A DNA stretch of 64,000 nucleotides from a virus (Duplodnaviria; Caudoviricetes), in IMG/VR virus record IMGVR_UViG_2861229971_000004, one strand, 5' to 3'. The translations under genes and the position numbers were made by a program. Under the pieces are notes generated by a model that was given only the letters and a program-made list of their open reading frames with translations, was not told where the DNA came from and ran no database searches. Below are positions 45,186-53,119 of this stretch, piece after piece; the stretch's first letter is position 1, and the number at the start of each line of letters is the position of its first letter.

Positions 45186-46372
45186 GTCGCCGCCTCATCC
45201 ATCGGCCAGCAATTCAGCCGCGAGAGTTCGCAGCGCATGCGCCGCAACCAGGGGGACCACGCCATTGCCACAGAGGCGAAGCCGGTCCACCCGGTGGGCC
45301 AGCCCATCAGTGCCTCGACGAACAGCGGGTTCAAGGTCCGGCGCGGCTCGGAGGTATCGCTCCCAGCCATCGGCATCACCAGGACCTGGCGGCCAAGCAG
45401 GCCGTTGACCGGCGTGTTCGCCAGCGTCGTCGCCCCGTCCTTGTGATCGCGGGCCGTCGGCGTCATCCACATCCCCGCCGCATGGGTCAGGTCCGCCGTC
45501 CGGCGATTGCCCGCGCTCGGCTTGCAGCCGTCGTTCGCCATCGGCGTCGGCCAATCCCGCGCCATGCGGTCCAGACCTTTCTCGTCCCTCCGCTCGCCAC
45601 CCCGGCTGCGGAAACTGTCGATCTGCGGCGTCGGCCAGAGCGCGGCCGTGGTCGCCAGGTTCATGCCGTGCTGGCCTGCTTCCTGCGATGGCGTCGGCTT
45701 CGTCTGCCGGTTCTCGTTGGCGCTGGCCCTCGGCGTCGGCCAGAGGCGCAGCAGTTCCGTCCGGTTCCCGCCACTCGATCGGGTGCCAGAGCAGGCGCGC
45801 GGGGTCGGCCAGCTCGTCCCCCTCGCGGATGGCGAGGATGAACAGCCGCTCGCGTTTGTGGGGCGCGCCGACTTCCGCCGCCGTGAAGAGGCCTGCCGCA
45901 AGCTTGTAGCCCATGCCGACCAGTCCTGCGGCGACTTCGGGGAAGCCGAGGCGGAGATGATGGGCGACATTCTCGAGGAAGACGAAGGGCGGTTTGATTT
46001 CGCCGATGATGCGGGCGACATGGGGCCAGAGGTGGCGCGGGTCATCCGCACCCCGGCGCTTGCCCGCGACGGAGAACGGCTGGCACGGATAGCCCGCAGT
46101 AACGATGTCCACCGCGCCGCGCCATGGGCGGCCGTCGAAGGTTCCAACGTCGTCCCAGACAGGCGCGTGATCCAGGGACGCGTCTTCCATCCGCGCCACG
46201 AGAGTGGCTGCGGCGTAGGTTTCCCGTTCGACATGGCCCACAGCACGATATCCGGGGCACGCGAGGTGCAGCCCGAGGTCGAGACCGCCCGCGCCGGAGC
46301 AGAGGGAGAGGCCGAAGAGGCATGCGTCTCCGGCCCCGGAAGCGCGTCCGGAGGAAGGTAAAGCCAGGTCAT
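45182..46372 (-). CDS. Nested beta polypeptide of the C5 methyltransferase (396 aa; TRD-like WPTP repeats plus motif IX)
   Basis: ATG 4 nt downstream of the alpha ATG; five W(P/M)TP repeats; LNPLFVEALMGWPTGWT; stop coupled to the next gene. Confidence 0.75.
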   Translation of the reverse strand: MTWLYLPPDALPGPETHASSASPSAPARAVSTSGCTSRAPDIVLWAMSNGKPTPQPLSWRGWKTRPWITRLSGTTLEPSTAAHGAARWTSLLRAIRASRSPSRASAGVRMTRATSGPMSPASSAKSNRPSSSSRMSPIISASASPKSPQDWSAWATSLRQASSRRRKSARPTNASGCSSSPSARGTSWPTPRACSGTRSSGGNRTELLRLWPTPRASANENRQTKPTPSQEAGQHGMNLATTAALWPTPQIDSFRSRGGERRDEKGLDRMARDWPTPMANDGCKPSAGNRRTADLTHAAGMWMTPTARDHKDGATTLANTPVNGLLGRQVLVMPMAGSDTSEPRRTLNPLFVEALMGWPTGWTGFASVAMAWSPWLRRMRCELSRLNCWPMDEAAT

Positions 46373-46376
46373 GCAT
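45195..46376 (-). CDS. DNA (cytosine-5)-methyltransferase, alpha polypeptide lacking motif IX
   Basis: Motif I LCSGAGG, IV AGYPCQPFS, VI ENV, VIII RERLF and X RLRLCGNGVVP. Confidence 0.9.
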   Translation of the reverse strand: MHDLALPSSGRASGAGDACLFGLSLCSGAGGLDLGLHLACPGYRAVGHVERETYAAATLVARMEDASLDHAPVWDDVGTFDGRPWRGAVDIVTAGYPCQPFSVAGKRRGADDPRHLWPHVARIIGEIKPPFVFLENVAHHLRLGFPEVAAGLVGMGYKLAAGLFTAAEVGAPHKRERLFILAIREGDELADPARLLWHPIEWREPDGTAAPLADAEGQRQREPADEADAIAGSRPARHEPGDHGRALADAADRQFPQPGWRAEGRERSGPHGAGLADADGERRLQAERGQSPDGGPDPCGGDVDDADGPRSQGRGDDAGEHAGQRPAWPPGPGDADGWERYLRAAPDLEPAVRRGTDGLAHRVDRLRLCGNGVVPLVAAHALRTLAAELLADG

Positions 46377-46377
46377 G

Positions 46378-47763
46378 TCACGCGGCGGTCTTGCGCTTTC
46401 GCGCGGGTTCGGGGGCGGCGTCCAGGTCCGGCGTATCGGCCGGGGCTTCGGCGTCGTCGCCCAGCCGCTCGGTTCTCACCTGCGCGAAGGTCCTGCCGTC
46501 GCCGTCGAGGATCGCGTCGCGGCCGGTCTCGGCCTGCCAGCGCTCCACGGCGACATCGACATAGGCCGGGCTGATCTCCATCGCAAAGACGCGGCGTCCG
46601 TTGGCCTCGCCTGCCATGATCTGAGAGCCGGACCCCGAGAAGGGTTCGTAGCAGAGGCCGCCGCGGGCGACGTGCTGGCGCATCGGGATGCCGAAGGCGT
46701 CGAGCGGTTTCGGCGTCGGATGGTCGGGGCGCTCGTCCTTGGCGAAGGACGGCATCTCCCAGGTCGACGGCAGTGTCTGCTCGGCCACCTTCGGCGGACG
46801 GTTCGGACGGCGCCAGCCCATGAAGCAGGGTTCGTGCTTCCAGAGGTAGTGGGACCGGGTCAGGACGCCTCGGTCCTTCACCCAGATGATCTGCTGATGG
46901 ACGAAGGCCCCGGCTTTTTCCCAGCAGGCCTCCAGCATCGCCTGGCGGCGCGAGGCATGCCAGCAATACCAAGCAGCATTTTCGGCGATGGCTTCCGTCA
47001 CGGCTGCAGCGATGAAGCCATCGTAAAGCTCGGCCCCCTGCGAACTGTCGTCCCAGGTCGTGCCATAGGACGCGGACCAGTCCTTGTTGCGGGTCGGATG
47101 GTTCGAGCCGTCGTAGTCCACGAGATACGGCGGGTCGGTCGCGAACAGCACCGCCCGCTCGCCATTCATCAGGCGGCGCACATCGGCAGCGCTGGTGCTG
47201 TCGCCGCAAAGGAGGCGATGGTCTCCGAGGATCCACAGATCGCCCGTGCGCGACGCCGGGTTGCGGGGTGGTTCGGGGATGGTCACCGTCGGCACGGAGC
47301 CTCCGGCGCCACCTTCTTCACCGTCCGCCTCCGGCACGAAGGCCAGCAGCTTGTCCAACTCGCCATCGGAAAAGCCGACCAGCGACAGGTCGAAGTCTTC
47401 CGCCATCAGGTCGTTCAGTTCCGCCGACAGCAGCGCCTCGTCCCAGGTGCCGAGTTCCGTCAGCTTGTTGTCCGCGATCCGGTAGGCCCGCCGCTGCGCC
47501 TCGGTCAGATGGCCCAGCACGATCACCGGCGCTTCGGTCAGTCCCAGCTGGGTTGCGGCCAGCACGCGCCCGTGGCCCGCGATCAACTCCCCGTCCTCGG
47601 CGACGAGGCAGGGCACGGTCCAGCCGAACTCGGCCATGCTGGCGGCGATCTTCGCCACCTGGTCCGCCCCATGCGCCTTCGCGTTCTTCGCGTAGGGCTG
47701 GAGGCGCGACAGCGGCCACGTCTCGATCGCGTCCGGGGCGAAGCTCAGCGTCATGGTGGGCAA
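46378..47763 (-). CDS. ParB-like domain fused to an N6-A/N4-C DNA methyltransferase (beta class)
   Basis: N-terminal PYAKNAKAH...IAGHGR...YRIADNK (ParB); DPPY precedes HPTPKP and EPFSGSGS. Confidence 0.9.
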   Translation of the reverse strand: MPTMTLSFAPDAIETWPLSRLQPYAKNAKAHGADQVAKIAASMAEFGWTVPCLVAEDGELIAGHGRVLAATQLGLTEAPVIVLGHLTEAQRRAYRIADNKLTELGTWDEALLSAELNDLMAEDFDLSLVGFSDGELDKLLAFVPEADGEEGGAGGSVPTVTIPEPPRNPASRTGDLWILGDHRLLCGDSTSAADVRRLMNGERAVLFATDPPYLVDYDGSNHPTRNKDWSASYGTTWDDSSQGAELYDGFIAAAVTEAIAENAAWYCWHASRRQAMLEACWEKAGAFVHQQIIWVKDRGVLTRSHYLWKHEPCFMGWRRPNRPPKVAEQTLPSTWEMPSFAKDERPDHPTPKPLDAFGIPMRQHVARGGLCYEPFSGSGSQIMAGEANGRRVFAMEISPAYVDVAVERWQAETGRDAILDGDGRTFAQVRTERLGDDAEAPADTPDLDAAPEPARKRKTAA

Positions 47764-47787
47764 GGTTCCTCGGTCGGGTGGATGCCG

Positions 47788-48060
47788 GTGGCTTCCGGAC
47801 TCCGGATGCCGGGCCGGACTCCAAACGGAGTCCAGCGGCTACAAGCGGTGTCCGGTCGTAAGGCCAGCGTTCATTGGTGTTTGCGCGGGGCGTAAGTGGC
47901 TCCGGCTTCCGGGTGGCTTCCCAAAAATCCGGCCCTGTCGCTGGCGATGTCCCGCGCTTCGCCCGCCAGCATAGGAATGTCGCCAGGAAGGAACCGGAAA
48001 CTGCCGTGAGGTGGACCCGGGCCGGACCCTCGCTGGATGCCGGGGTCCAGGTGGCCCCCG
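47788..48060. other. Candidate cos/packaging site
   Basis: Non-coding gap upstream of the methylase-terminase operon. Central dyad GCTGGCG-N17-CGCCAGC (47940-47970), flanked by repeated GTGGCTTCC, GGACTCC/GGAGTCC and GGACCC elements. Confidence 0.4.
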
Positions 48061-48170
48061 TCAACGCAAAGGGGAGAGCGAGCTTTCCAGCGCACTCTCC
48101 CCATCTTGCCTTCCGAATAGCATGGATCTGTTGCAGATGTCGAAGGAAAAAGTGTTGCAACACATTGGAG

Positions 48171-48551
48171 TCACTGCGCATTCAGGCGCGCGGCGATCTT
48201 GGTCAGCGCCAGTTGCCAGCGACGCCACGCTGTCGTGCGGTCGCAACCGAGCTCGCCGCTGATCTGCTTCCACGGCACCCGGGCCGCGCGCGACCAGACC
48301 AGTTTGCGCTCCGCCTCCTCGATCCAGAGCACCCAGTCGAAGGTCTGCTCGAGCCGGGTGATCGCGGCGGCCGAGGGCCAGACCCGCATCGGCTGCGGCT
48401 CCATCGCCGCGATCTCGCGGCTCGTCCGCACGATGTCGGGCCAGGTGTTGAAGTAGCCCTGCGCCTTGACCGGCGGCAGCTTGCGCAGGGTGCGGAACGC
48501 CTCCTCGAAATGATCGGCGACGCAGTCGGCGGTCCATTCGCGATCAGCCAT
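48171..48551 (-). CDS. DUF6362-like protein with a C-terminal HTH, candidate late-gene regulator
   Basis: MADREWT...RVPWKQISGELGCDRTTAWRRWQ; last gene before the late operon. Confidence 0.7.
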   Translation of the reverse strand: MADREWTADCVADHFEEAFRTLRKLPPVKAQGYFNTWPDIVRTSREIAAMEPQPMRVWPSAAAITRLEQTFDWVLWIEEAERKLVWSRAARVPWKQISGELGCDRTTAWRRWQLALTKIAARLNAQ

Positions 48552-48744
48552 GGCGCGCCTCCCTGTCGGAAGGGCGCGGGCCGTAGAGCTTTTCGCCGAG
48601 TTGGCGGACCAGTTCACGCTCGGGCCAGGTGAGGCGGTCGTCATCGGCGGAGACCGCGAGGACGCCCTGTTCGTGCCAGCCCTCGCGCTTGACCTGCTCG
48701 GGATCGCGGCGTCGGCCGCCGTAGCCATGGGGGTGCCATCTCAT
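48544..48744 (-). CDS. Conserved small phage protein (66 aa)
   Basis: MRWHPHGYGG.RRDPEQVKREGW.EQGVLAV; start and stop coupled to both neighbours. Confidence 0.65.
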   Translation of the reverse strand: MRWHPHGYGGRRRDPEQVKREGWHEQGVLAVSADDDRLTWPERELVRQLGEKLYGPRPSDREARHG

Positions 48745-49280
48745 GCGACACCCCCGTTCGTCTCGATCGCCCAGAGCAGGATCGCGATAGCGTCGGCCTC
48801 GTTGTCGTCGGCCGGGCTGAAACCGCGGGCGCGGACGGCGGCGACCATGGCGGCCTTGTCGGCGTTGCCCTTGCCTGCGGCATGACGCTTGATCGTGCCG
48901 ACCGGGACGCCCTCGTAGGGCACGCCACGCAGTTCCGCCCATGCGGTCAGCGTGGCCATGAGCCCGCCGTAGATGTGGCTCGCGTCGGTGCCTGCGTGGC
49001 GGCGTACCTCCTCGAACCAGATCGCAGCAACAGGACCGGACAGCCGGTCGATCTCGGTCAGCCAGTTCGTGAAACGCAGGTAGCGCATGCCGCCCCCGTC
49101 GAAGCGGCCGGGGCGCAGCGAGACGGTGCCGCTGGTGATCAGGCCGTCATGTCCGCGGATTGCCCAGCCGGTCGAGGTGCCGAGGTCGAGCGCGAGGATG
49201 CAGCGGTTGCGGGGCGTGTCGAGCGGCAGCGATTCAAATCTTGCGCCGTCGCAATTCGGGATCAGAGTCGGCTGAGCCAT
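48741..49280 (-). CDS. RuvC-like Holliday junction resolvase
   Basis: ILALDLGTSTGWA, WFEEV, GKGNADK, DNEADA; start at 49280 after an AAGGAG RBS. Confidence 0.8.
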   Translation of the reverse strand: MAQPTLIPNCDGARFESLPLDTPRNRCILALDLGTSTGWAIRGHDGLITSGTVSLRPGRFDGGGMRYLRFTNWLTEIDRLSGPVAAIWFEEVRRHAGTDASHIYGGLMATLTAWAELRGVPYEGVPVGTIKRHAAGKGNADKAAMVAAVRARGFSPADDNEADAIAILLWAIETNGGVA

Positions 49281-49411
49281 GATGGGTCTCCTTTGCCGGT
49301 GGCCTGTGGTGGTGGAAGACGACGGCGGTCTGGTGCTTGGCGGTACGGGGCCGCCGTCGTCGGATCGGGAAGCACAAGGGAGCGTCACGGCGGCGCGCGC
49401 GGCTGGCCCGG

Positions 49412-49645
49412 ACGTATGGGAGGAGTGGCCAACCCTGTGGGGTGGCCCTCCCATACGTAGTATGGGGGTTTGACACCTAACTGTTCCGGGGAGGACAAGT
49501 AGCTGAAATCATTACGGAATAAGACTTCATGAAGTCTTCGGGCATGAGTTAGGGACCTGACTCTTATTTGCCCGTAACCCCTTGATTTCGTTGAGTGCAC
49601 AGTTGGCGCTGTCATATGAGTCAGGCCTCACTCATATGAGTTAGG
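49412..49645. other. Candidate replication origin (palindromes and iteron-like repeats)
   Basis: 12-bp IR ACGTATGGGAGG/CCTCCCATACGT, CCCATAC-GTA-GTATGGG, an 18-bp palindrome AAGACTTCATGAAGTCTT, and three ATGAGTYAGG copies; directly after the primase-helicase gene. Confidence 0.5.
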
Positions 49646-51942
49646 TCGTCCTCCAGCCCCTCCGGGTAGACCCAGACGGCGGGGTTTTCGACCTGCAGGC
49701 AGAGCCCGGATTGGGGGCATTTGAAGTGGCTGGGCAGGACCGGACGGGCGGTTGTGGTGACCTCGCCGATGTCCGGATCGACCTCCTCGACAGGCGCGCC
49801 GAACTGCATGCCCTCGACGCAGAGATAGCCGAACCGCGACCGGGTGACGGGGAAGCCGAACCCCGAGGGGTCGCGCAGGAACTTCACGAAGCCCTTGGTC
49901 GCCAGCACGCTGAGGCGTTCACGGATCGTGTGCTTGCTGCCCAGACCGCCCCGGTTCTCGAAGGTCTCGGCGAACTGCATCGCGGTGTAGAGGCGCTCGC
50001 TCGCCGCCTCATCCAGCAGCATGCCGAGGATGACATCGTGTTTGCGTAGCCGCTCGGCATCGAGCCTGGCCCCGACCTCCTTGCGCACCAGTCGCTCGTT
50101 CAGCGGGTTCAGTTCGACCCATTCGCCCTTCACCTTGTCGATCAGCTTGCCCGGCAGCGCGGGGCCGTTGCGCAGCTCGATCTCCAGCCTGCGGACGGTG
50201 CTGTCCTCGTCGGGCCGGTGCATGAGCAGCCCCGAGGTGTAGAAACCGCGCAGCGCGCTTGCGCCGGAGAGCGCGAGGAAGGGATCGTCCTTGACCTGAT
50301 GCTTGGTGGCCTTGCGGGTGTGGTGGGCGAGGATGACGCCCGCGTCCGGATTGACCGCCTCGCGCAAAAGCTCCACCCGATCTTTCAGGAAGAACATCAT
50401 GGCGGTGTTGTCGTTCTCGCCGCCGCCCTCAGGGCCGCCATCGAAGAGGTTGCGGATCGGGTCGATGACGATGATGTCGGGTGGCGCCTCGGGGAATGCG
50501 GCCCGGATCGCCTCGGCCACGCGGGCGACGCCTTCCGCGTCGAGCAGTAGCTTCAGCTTCGGCGTGGCGATGAAGGTGTCGCGCGCGGCGGCGATCACGG
50601 CGGCGGGCAGCGCGATCTGCTGCATGCGCTCGCGCAGATAGTGATACTGGATCTCGGCCTGCAGATAGAACACGCGCAGCGGCCGGGGCGGCGTGAAGCC
50701 GAGGAACGGCACGCCAGCGGCCATGTGCACGAGCCATGAGATCAGGAAGTCGCTCTTGCCGACCTTGGGCGCGCCGCCCAGCACCAGGAGACCGCCCGGC
50801 GTCAGCACGCGCGGCCCGATGACGTCCTCGGGCATCGGGCTCGTGTCGTCGAGGAGCGCGCCAAGGCTGAAGGTCGGCAGCGGGCTGGTCGGGGCATCGA
50901 CGTGGGCTGCGCGCAGGAGCGGCGGACCGTTGCGCTTCACATGCAGCGCCCAGAGCCGTTCGGACTCCGCCATGAGCCGATCGAGCGGCCACGATGGGCG
51001 CAGCATGGCGGCGTTGTAGCCGCAGATCGCCTCCCAGCCCGCGAAGGGGTCGAGGCGGCCCTCGTGCACCAGGCGCACGTAATGGCCGATGGCGGCGCTG
51101 GCCCCCTGGAAGCGGGACCAGTCGTCCACCGCGCCTTCGCGCACCGGCGTGGTGAGCACCGCGTCGATGCCGGGCTTCGCGGTCGGCGCGGCAACGTCGC
51201 TGGCGAAGCCCACACCGGGCAGCGGCGGCATCTCGGCGACCTTCTCGGCGAAGTCCGCAAGGTCGACTTCGACGTCGCGCTGTTCGCGGATCTGCACGAG
51301 GCGCTGGTGGCCGTGCTTGTGATAGACTGTGCCGGGCACCCGGATCGGCTGGTGTGCCGAGCGGAAATGCGTGTCGCCGCCGACCTTCACGGCAATCTCG
51401 CCGCGCAGGCGACAGAGGGTGGAGAGATCACCGCCCTCGGCGGGTTCGGTCAGTTTCCACCAGACATGGAGCTTCGCGGCGCCCTCTGGCGTGCGCCCGC
51501 CGCTTTCGATGATCAGCGTCGGCGTTCCGATGTGGCGGGTGACATGATCCAGCTTGGCTGGTATATCGCCTGCGTCGAGATCGACGACGATGGCCCGCAT
51601 CTGCAGCACATCGGCGGCGCGGGCCTGACCCTGTTCGGCGACCGTGCCGGGGATGACATAAACGGCGGCGCCTTCGCGGTTCGCCCATCCAGCGAAAGTT
51701 GCGAGTTTCTCGGGCGCGGTGTCGTCGGCCGGGATCCAGATGTTGTGCGGCTTGCCGTCTCGGCCCTGACCCTTGTCGACGAAACCCCGGAGCGGGATCA
51801 GCCCCTCGCACCAGCTGAACACGGTGTCGAGGAAGACGGCGATCTGCTGGGGATCAGGGTCGCAGCCGAACGGGTTCTCGGACGGTGGCCCGTCATTGAA
51901 GTCCATCCACGGGTTGAAATGCAGGATGCCGTCGTCGCTCAT
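49621..51942 (-). CDS. Primase-helicase (RepB-primase-like N-terminus, AAA_25/RepA helicase C-terminus)
   Basis: IVVDLD, LHVWW, QPIRVPGT.YHK; GAPKVGKS, IIVIDP, ILAHHTRK; real start at 51942. Confidence 0.85.
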   Translation of the reverse strand: MSDDGILHFNPWMDFNDGPPSENPFGCDPDPQQIAVFLDTVFSWCEGLIPLRGFVDKGQGRDGKPHNIWIPADDTAPEKLATFAGWANREGAAVYVIPGTVAEQGQARAADVLQMRAIVVDLDAGDIPAKLDHVTRHIGTPTLIIESGGRTPEGAAKLHVWWKLTEPAEGGDLSTLCRLRGEIAVKVGGDTHFRSAHQPIRVPGTVYHKHGHQRLVQIREQRDVEVDLADFAEKVAEMPPLPGVGFASDVAAPTAKPGIDAVLTTPVREGAVDDWSRFQGASAAIGHYVRLVHEGRLDPFAGWEAICGYNAAMLRPSWPLDRLMAESERLWALHVKRNGPPLLRAAHVDAPTSPLPTFSLGALLDDTSPMPEDVIGPRVLTPGGLLVLGGAPKVGKSDFLISWLVHMAAGVPFLGFTPPRPLRVFYLQAEIQYHYLRERMQQIALPAAVIAAARDTFIATPKLKLLLDAEGVARVAEAIRAAFPEAPPDIIVIDPIRNLFDGGPEGGGENDNTAMMFFLKDRVELLREAVNPDAGVILAHHTRKATKHQVKDDPFLALSGASALRGFYTSGLLMHRPDEDSTVRRLEIELRNGPALPGKLIDKVKGEWVELNPLNERLVRKEVGARLDAERLRKHDVILGMLLDEAASERLYTAMQFAETFENRGGLGSKHTIRERLSVLATKGFVKFLRDPSGFGFPVTRSRFGYLCVEGMQFGAPVEEVDPDIGEVTTTARPVLPSHFKCPQSGLCLQVENPAVWVYPEGLEDDLTHMSEA

Positions 51943-52709
51943 GCCGGCAGCCTCCAGCAGCGCTCGGCCCACGGGCAGAAGCGGCACTCGAAGAAGTCGG
52001 GCGTGGTGGCGATGCGCGGCAGCAACTCGCCCGCATCGGTCGCCTGCAGGATCCGCACGCCCCGGTCGGACATGCGCTGCGCGAGGTCGGCGTCGAATGG
52101 CACCAGTTCGTGGTGCATCTCGGCCGTGTCCTTGTTGATCGCGGTGAACACAGCAGGCGCGGCGCTGATGCCTGGCACGCTGGTTTCCATGTAGGCCTGA
52201 TAGAGCGCGATCTGGGCGGCGTAGACCGGCTTCGACTTGGTCACGCCGTCCTTGACGCAGGCGCGCCAGTTCTTCGCGTTCATCGTCTTGCATTCCCAGA
52301 GGGCCGGAACGGCAAGACCGAAGCCCTCGGGCCCGGCGGCGATGATGCCATCAACATGGCCCCGGATGCGCCCGCCCGCGACCGAGAAGCCGAACTGGCC
52401 GCCATCGGGCCGGTTGCCCTTGCGGGTGTAGAGGTCGAAGCCCGCGCCGCGCAGCCAGGCGACGGCCAGATCCTCGAGCGTGTGGCCGATGGCGAAGATG
52501 CGCAGCGATTGGCCCGAGAAGTCCTGGCCCTCGTCCTTCGGCGTCGCGGTGAACTCGAACTGCAGCGCCCGCTCGCAGGCATGGCCGAGGCGCGAGCCGC
52601 CGAGATAGTCGCGGGGCGGCCGCGTCGCCTGATCGGCGGTGAGCGCCCGATCGACGGCGGCGTTGACTCGCTCGGCGAAGCTGGGCCGGTGATTGTAATC
52701 GAGGGTCAA
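51939..52709 (-). CDS. PD-(D/E)XK exonuclease (RecB/Cas4-like, 4-Cys)
   Basis: GHACER, GHVDG, WECK, QIALY, CRFCPWAERC; TTG start. Confidence 0.8.
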   Translation of the reverse strand: MTLDYNHRPSFAERVNAAVDRALTADQATRPPRDYLGGSRLGHACERALQFEFTATPKDEGQDFSGQSLRIFAIGHTLEDLAVAWLRGAGFDLYTRKGNRPDGGQFGFSVAGGRIRGHVDGIIAAGPEGFGLAVPALWECKTMNAKNWRACVKDGVTKSKPVYAAQIALYQAYMETSVPGISAAPAVFTAINKDTAEMHHELVPFDADLAQRMSDRGVRILQATDAGELLPRIATTPDFFECRFCPWAERCWRLPA

Positions 52710-53116
52710 AACGGCACCTCCGGCGTCTGCGCCCGGGCGATGTCGGACATGGCCTCGCGGAAGCCCTCGACGGCTTCCTCGATCAGCGCGCGCACCTGCG
52801 CCTCGGTGAGTTCGGCAAGCGGGGTGGCCCAGCCGATCTCGTCCATCAGCAGAGCCACGCGCTTCATGGTGGCGGTGATCGCGGCGCGCTCTTCCTCGGT
52901 CAGGTCAACCATGGCGAAACGCTCCCGCGCCAAGCGCGTCCAGAAGGACTGGCAGGGCATCGAGCAGAACCAGACCGAAGGCCGAGGCTGCTTCGACCGG
53001 TGCGGATCGAACCAGCCAAAACCACGGGTGGGTTGCCGGCAGACAGCACAGAGCGTTCCACGCGGATGCCAGAGCCGCCGCCGGTCCTCGGCGGTGATGG
53101 GGGTGATGGAAGCCAT
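52706..53116 (-). CDS. DUF6511-like protein with an N-terminal Cys cluster
   Basis: CAVC...FCSMPCQ; LAELTEAQVRALIEEAV; ends EVPF. Confidence 0.7.
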   Translation of the reverse strand: MASITPITAEDRRRLWHPRGTLCAVCRQPTRGFGWFDPHRSKQPRPSVWFCSMPCQSFWTRLARERFAMVDLTEEERAAITATMKRVALLMDEIGWATPLAELTEAQVRALIEEAVEGFREAMSDIARAQTPEVPF

Positions 53117-53119
53117 GGG

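Noticed and set aside
46373-47236. N-terminal 288 aa of the 684-aa ORF 45182-47236
   Set aside because: It overlaps the ParB-MTase out of frame, with low-complexity Arg-rich sequence. Only the part from the ATG at 46372 has meaningful motifs.
47948-47977. Possible fourth copy of the bipartite motif (TGTCCCG at 47948)
   Set aside because: The second half-site is absent at the 14-nt spacing (GCATAGGAA instead of RTGGCTTTT).
51943-52293. N-terminal extension of the primase-helicase ORF (890 aa)
   Set aside because: It overlaps the PD-(D/E)XK gene out of frame; the ATG at 51942 is coupled to that gene's stop.
51939-52709. Cas4-like nuclease as evidence of CRISPR-Cas
   Set aside because: No repeat-spacer array or other cas genes were seen in the window; the gene sits in a phage recombination module.
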